DNA of 60,575 bases from Lentisphaerales bacterium (lineage in GTDB: Bacteria > Verrucomicrobiota > Kiritimatiellia > JAUXFM01): assembly GCA_030622955.1 (NCBI GenBank), contig JAUXFM010000003.1, positions 1 through 60,575 on the forward strand, given 5' to 3'. Positions 58,060 to 60,575 of this stretch are shown here, piece by piece; within the stretch, counting starts at the first letter, position 1; every line of letters begins with the position of its first letter. A program made the position numbers and the translations under genes. Under the pieces are notes generated by a model. It was not told where the DNA came from, made no database searches, and saw only the letters and a program-made list of their open reading frames with translations.

Positions 58060-58686
58060 CTATTCCAGGTAAAGTTCAGAGTGATTCTCGATGCGTGATT
58101 CGCCGTGCATTGAAATGGAGTCGGCATCAATAAATGCCTTATGCAGGGGAACCCATAGCGGTACGTCCTGGCTCGTGTTGAAATCTATCTCCTTGGCCTG
58201 CACGGCGGCCGGGTTCCAGGCGTGGATACTGTTCCAATTCTCATAATCGAGCACTGACTGCAGGTGGCCCCAGTGTTCTGCAGCGAGGTACTCGGGTATC
58301 CGGGAGCTTTCGATTTCATACTGCTCCGATCCCGGTGAGGCAATCACGGCCATTTGCCATAGGTCGCCGCCATCGAGGGAGTCAATCTGCCCAGCAAGGG
58401 GACTGCTTCGCTGGAATACGGGGTTGGAGAGTTTGCCCGCATTGGCGATTGAACCGATACGCACGACCTTGTAGACCATGAAATCGTTAAATCCCACGGT
58501 TCGGGCCCGGGCACCTTTGAAGGCCGCATAGTCCAGAATCTCCTGTGCTGCGAAGAGCTGGGAAATCTGGAGCATCACGAAGAAGATGAGGCTCATCATC
58601 GCCATGACAATACAACTCTCTACCATAGATTGCCCGCTTCGGCCGGACATTCTGAACAGGGCTGGCCTCTTAAGAGCACACATCAA
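58060..58686 (-). CDS. TadE-like minor pilin
   Basis: RSG|QSMVES plus TM and LDYAAFKGARA. Confidence 0.82.
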   Translation of the reverse strand: MMCALKRPALFRMSGRSGQSMVESCIVMAMMSLIFFVMLQISQLFAAQEILDYAAFKGARARTVGFNDFMVYKVVRIGSIANAGKLSNPVFQRSSPLAGQIDSLDGGDLWQMAVIASPGSEQYEIESSRIPEYLAAEHWGHLQSVLDYENWNSIHAWNPAAVQAKEIDFNTSQDVPLWVPLHKAFIDADSISMHGESRIENHSELYLE

Positions 58687-58741
58687 TGCCTCTCATACAG
58701 TATGGTAGATTTACATTGCCAAGTCTGAAGGACGGGAACCG

Positions 58742-58975
58742 CTAATTTATTCCTGTTTCGTCTACCGACCTGAACATGTCTTCGGATGATGTCGAAATAG
58801 CCGAATCGACATCGCCTGAATCCGCACCGAGTTCGGCAGCTGCGCCGCCAACAAGAGTACGAAGACGATCACCAAAAACACCAAAGACAGCAATTGCCGC
58901 CAGAGCAATGATGACAACGATTATGATGTATTCGACCATTCCCTGGCCGCTCTTTCTATTGCACGTCTTTTTCAC
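58742..58975 (-). CDS. flp: Flp-type major pilin
   Basis: RKSG|QGMVEYIIIVVIIALAAIAVFGVFG. Short protein with GGAGG RBS. Confidence 0.88.
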   Translation of the reverse strand: MKKTCNRKSGQGMVEYIIIVVIIALAAIAVFGVFGDRLRTLVGGAAAELGADSGDVDSAISTSSEDMFRSVDETGIN

Positions 58976-59029
58976 AATGTACCCCCTCCGGGAATAATTA
59001 ACCGATCCCTTGACAAATATAACGTTGCT

Positions 59030-59059
59030 ATTTCAATAACTATTGCATCAAGCGTGTCA
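59030..59059 (-). promoter_or_regulatory. Possible sigma70-type promoter for the flp/tad operon
   Basis: Minus-strand TTGACA at 59059-59054 followed by AT-rich tagttattga. The -10 match is imperfect. Confidence 0.35.
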
Positions 59060-59092
59060 AAAAAGTTGCGCTCGTAGCGCTGTAATGGCCAA

Positions 59093-59329
59093 TCACGGAT
59101 AATCCGATGCTGCGAGCTTCAATACGCGGTCACCATGCTCGTTGAAAATGTAGAGGAAAAGCGACATAACGCCCAAGAGCGAGAGCAGGATCCCGGCGGT
59201 TATAGCGTATTCAATCATCGCCTGCCCGGACTTGCGGGTCCGCATCTCGGTAGTATGCGCAGCTTTGCATGACGAGATCCGTTGCAGCCAGCATATAACT
59301 TTATGATATAGCGTCATGATGATCAGCAT
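59093..59329 (-). CDS. Second small Flp-like pilin
   Basis: RKSG|QAMIEYAITAGILLSLLGVMSLFL. True start may be downstream (MRTRKSG). Confidence 0.75.
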   Translation of the reverse strand: MLIIMTLYHKVICWLQRISSCKAAHTTEMRTRKSGQAMIEYAITAGILLSLLGVMSLFLYIFNEHGDRVLKLAASDYP

Positions 59330-59373
59330 ATCAGCTTGACTTTCCGTTGTAAAGACACAAACCTTTCATAGAG

Positions 59374-60399
59374 ATGGATATAAAAGCGATTACATACAAG
59401 CGTCGGGTTGTGCCTTTGATGGCTTGCGCTTTCTTTGCGCTTTGCTGCGTTGCAGCTTTTGCGGTGATTGCCGTATGCGGCAAGTGTGGACACGAGCGGC
59501 TTGACGATGCCGTTGTCTGTGGTCATTGCGGAGCTTCATTCCCTGCTGCAACGAAGTATGCCGATCCGGGTGGCGAGGAACCGAAGGAATCGGCTGGGGC
59601 CCCTGTTCTTGCAAATCAACCAGCCGTTGATCATCATCTTGAATCAGCCATCATCAGTATGGAACTCAAGCTGACGGAGAAGTACCTTGCTGAAAACATG
59701 GGTGCCCTTGCAGAGTTGTTCTGCAAGAATGCAATGGCGCTTAACCTGCTCACCCTGGAGAATGCAGGCACGCGATCCGAAAGGATTCTTCATCTGCTGA
59801 AACGCTCAAATGCTAGTTATGCTTCTTCTGCGATCAGAGAAGCTCGAGCGGCCATGGCTCGATCCAGGAAGGCCTACGAACTTTTACAGAAGGCCCGCCG
59901 CTATGTCCCTGTGGGGAATACCTGGCTTCCGGTACATGATGAAGCGAAACTTTCAATGAAGCAGCGTGTGTTGTTGCGACGTGCACAGGCCGCGCCCTGC
60001 GGTACATGCCTTGGCTTCGGCAAGGTGGTATGCAGCAAGTGCAAGGGGACTGGAAGGGTCGAGTGTCCCAATGGATGCAAGAAAGGCTGGGTCCAAATAG
60101 AAGCCATGGATGGGCTTAACGGAAAGGCCCGGATGAAAGAGGTGCGATGCCCTACCTGCCTGGGATACAGCCGCGTTAATTGTGGTGAATGTCTTGGCGG
60201 AGGAGCGATTGTGTGCGAAACCTGCAAGGGATTGGGCGAACGCGCACAGTGCAGCGAATGTGGGGGAGAAGGCATGTCGGCATGTCGGCGATGCAATGGA
60301 TCCGGGCTCTATAAGGAAGGCAAATGCACCTATTGCGGCGGCAAAGGGCAGATTCTTTGCCGGGAGTGCAAGGGAGACGGCAAGAAAGTGAATAAGTAG
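59374..60399 (+). CDS. Cys-rich protein with zinc ribbon and about ten DnaJ-type CxxCxGxG repeats
   Basis: Hydrophobic N-terminus, CGKC..CGHC ribbon, then CGTCLGFG, CSKCKGTG, CPNGCKKG, CPTCLGYS, CGECLGGG, CETCKGLG, CSECGGEG, CRRCNGSG, CTYCGGKG, CRECKGDG. Confidence 0.85.
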   Translation: MDIKAITYKRRVVPLMACAFFALCCVAAFAVIAVCGKCGHERLDDAVVCGHCGASFPAATKYADPGGEEPKESAGAPVLANQPAVDHHLESAIISMELKLTEKYLAENMGALAELFCKNAMALNLLTLENAGTRSERILHLLKRSNASYASSAIREARAAMARSRKAYELLQKARRYVPVGNTWLPVHDEAKLSMKQRVLLRRAQAAPCGTCLGFGKVVCSKCKGTGRVECPNGCKKGWVQIEAMDGLNGKARMKEVRCPTCLGYSRVNCGECLGGGAIVCETCKGLGERAQCSECGGEGMSACRRCNGSGLYKEGKCTYCGGKGQILCRECKGDGKKVNK

Positions 60400-60407
60400 G
60401 TCTATCT

Positions 60408-60575
60408 ATGGATGAATTGCCCCAGTTATCAGGCTTCGAATTCATAGAGAAGCATGGCGAGGGCGGAATGGCTTCGGTCTGGAAGGCCCGGCAGATTTCG
60501 CTTGATCGAATTGTCGCTATCAAGATTCTTTCGCAGGGGCTGACTGCCGACGCAGAAGACGTTCAGCGCTTTCAA
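60408..60575 (+). CDS. Hanks-type Ser/Thr protein kinase, N-terminal fragment (runs off the window; not in the ORF track)
   Basis: Manual translation MDELPQLSGFEFIEKHGEGGMASVWKARQISLDRIVAIKILSQGLTADAEDVQRFQ shows a Gly-rich loop and the VAIK lysine. Confidence 0.9.
   Translation, partial: MDELPQLSGFEFIEKHGEGGMASVWKARQISLDRIVAIKILSQGLTADAEDVQRFQ

Overview
Bacterial chromosomal window. Sulfatases, SecA with an insertion and a split coaC suggest a PVC-superphylum organism such as Kiritimatiellae/Lentisphaerae; this is inference only. Contents in order: two sulfatases, two alpha/beta hydrolases, ferritin, a three-gene two-component cluster and a CsgG-family lipoprotein. Next is a tightly coupled 12.2 kb seven-gene minus-strand operon (11096-23284). 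It combines two mutually related OPT-like membrane proteins, a 1755-aa apparently inactive M28-peptidase/FtsX fusion, a second small FtsX permease, a LolD/MacB-type ATPase and a stand-alone PqqD/RRE-like protein. This is the best candidate for an undescribed system. It is followed by a nitroreductase, a GcvH-like protein lacking its lipoyl-lysine, and an accessory patch (about 28.8-36.2 kb) with an attC-like site, 36-bp repeats, an IS3 remnant, a sulfatase, a GH18 enzyme and an apparently complete IS with 16-bp IRs. A housekeeping run follows: ispD, secA, lnt, prfB with its programmed +1 frameshift, yicC, gmk, coaC. The window ends with a Tad/Flp pilus locus with FHA-fused TadA, extra FHA and PEGA proteins and five prepilin-like genes, divergent from a Cys-rich zinc-finger gene and a Ser/Thr kinase cut by the window end. 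No rRNA, tRNA or CRISPR array was recognised. All family calls come from motif recognition by eye; no searches were run.
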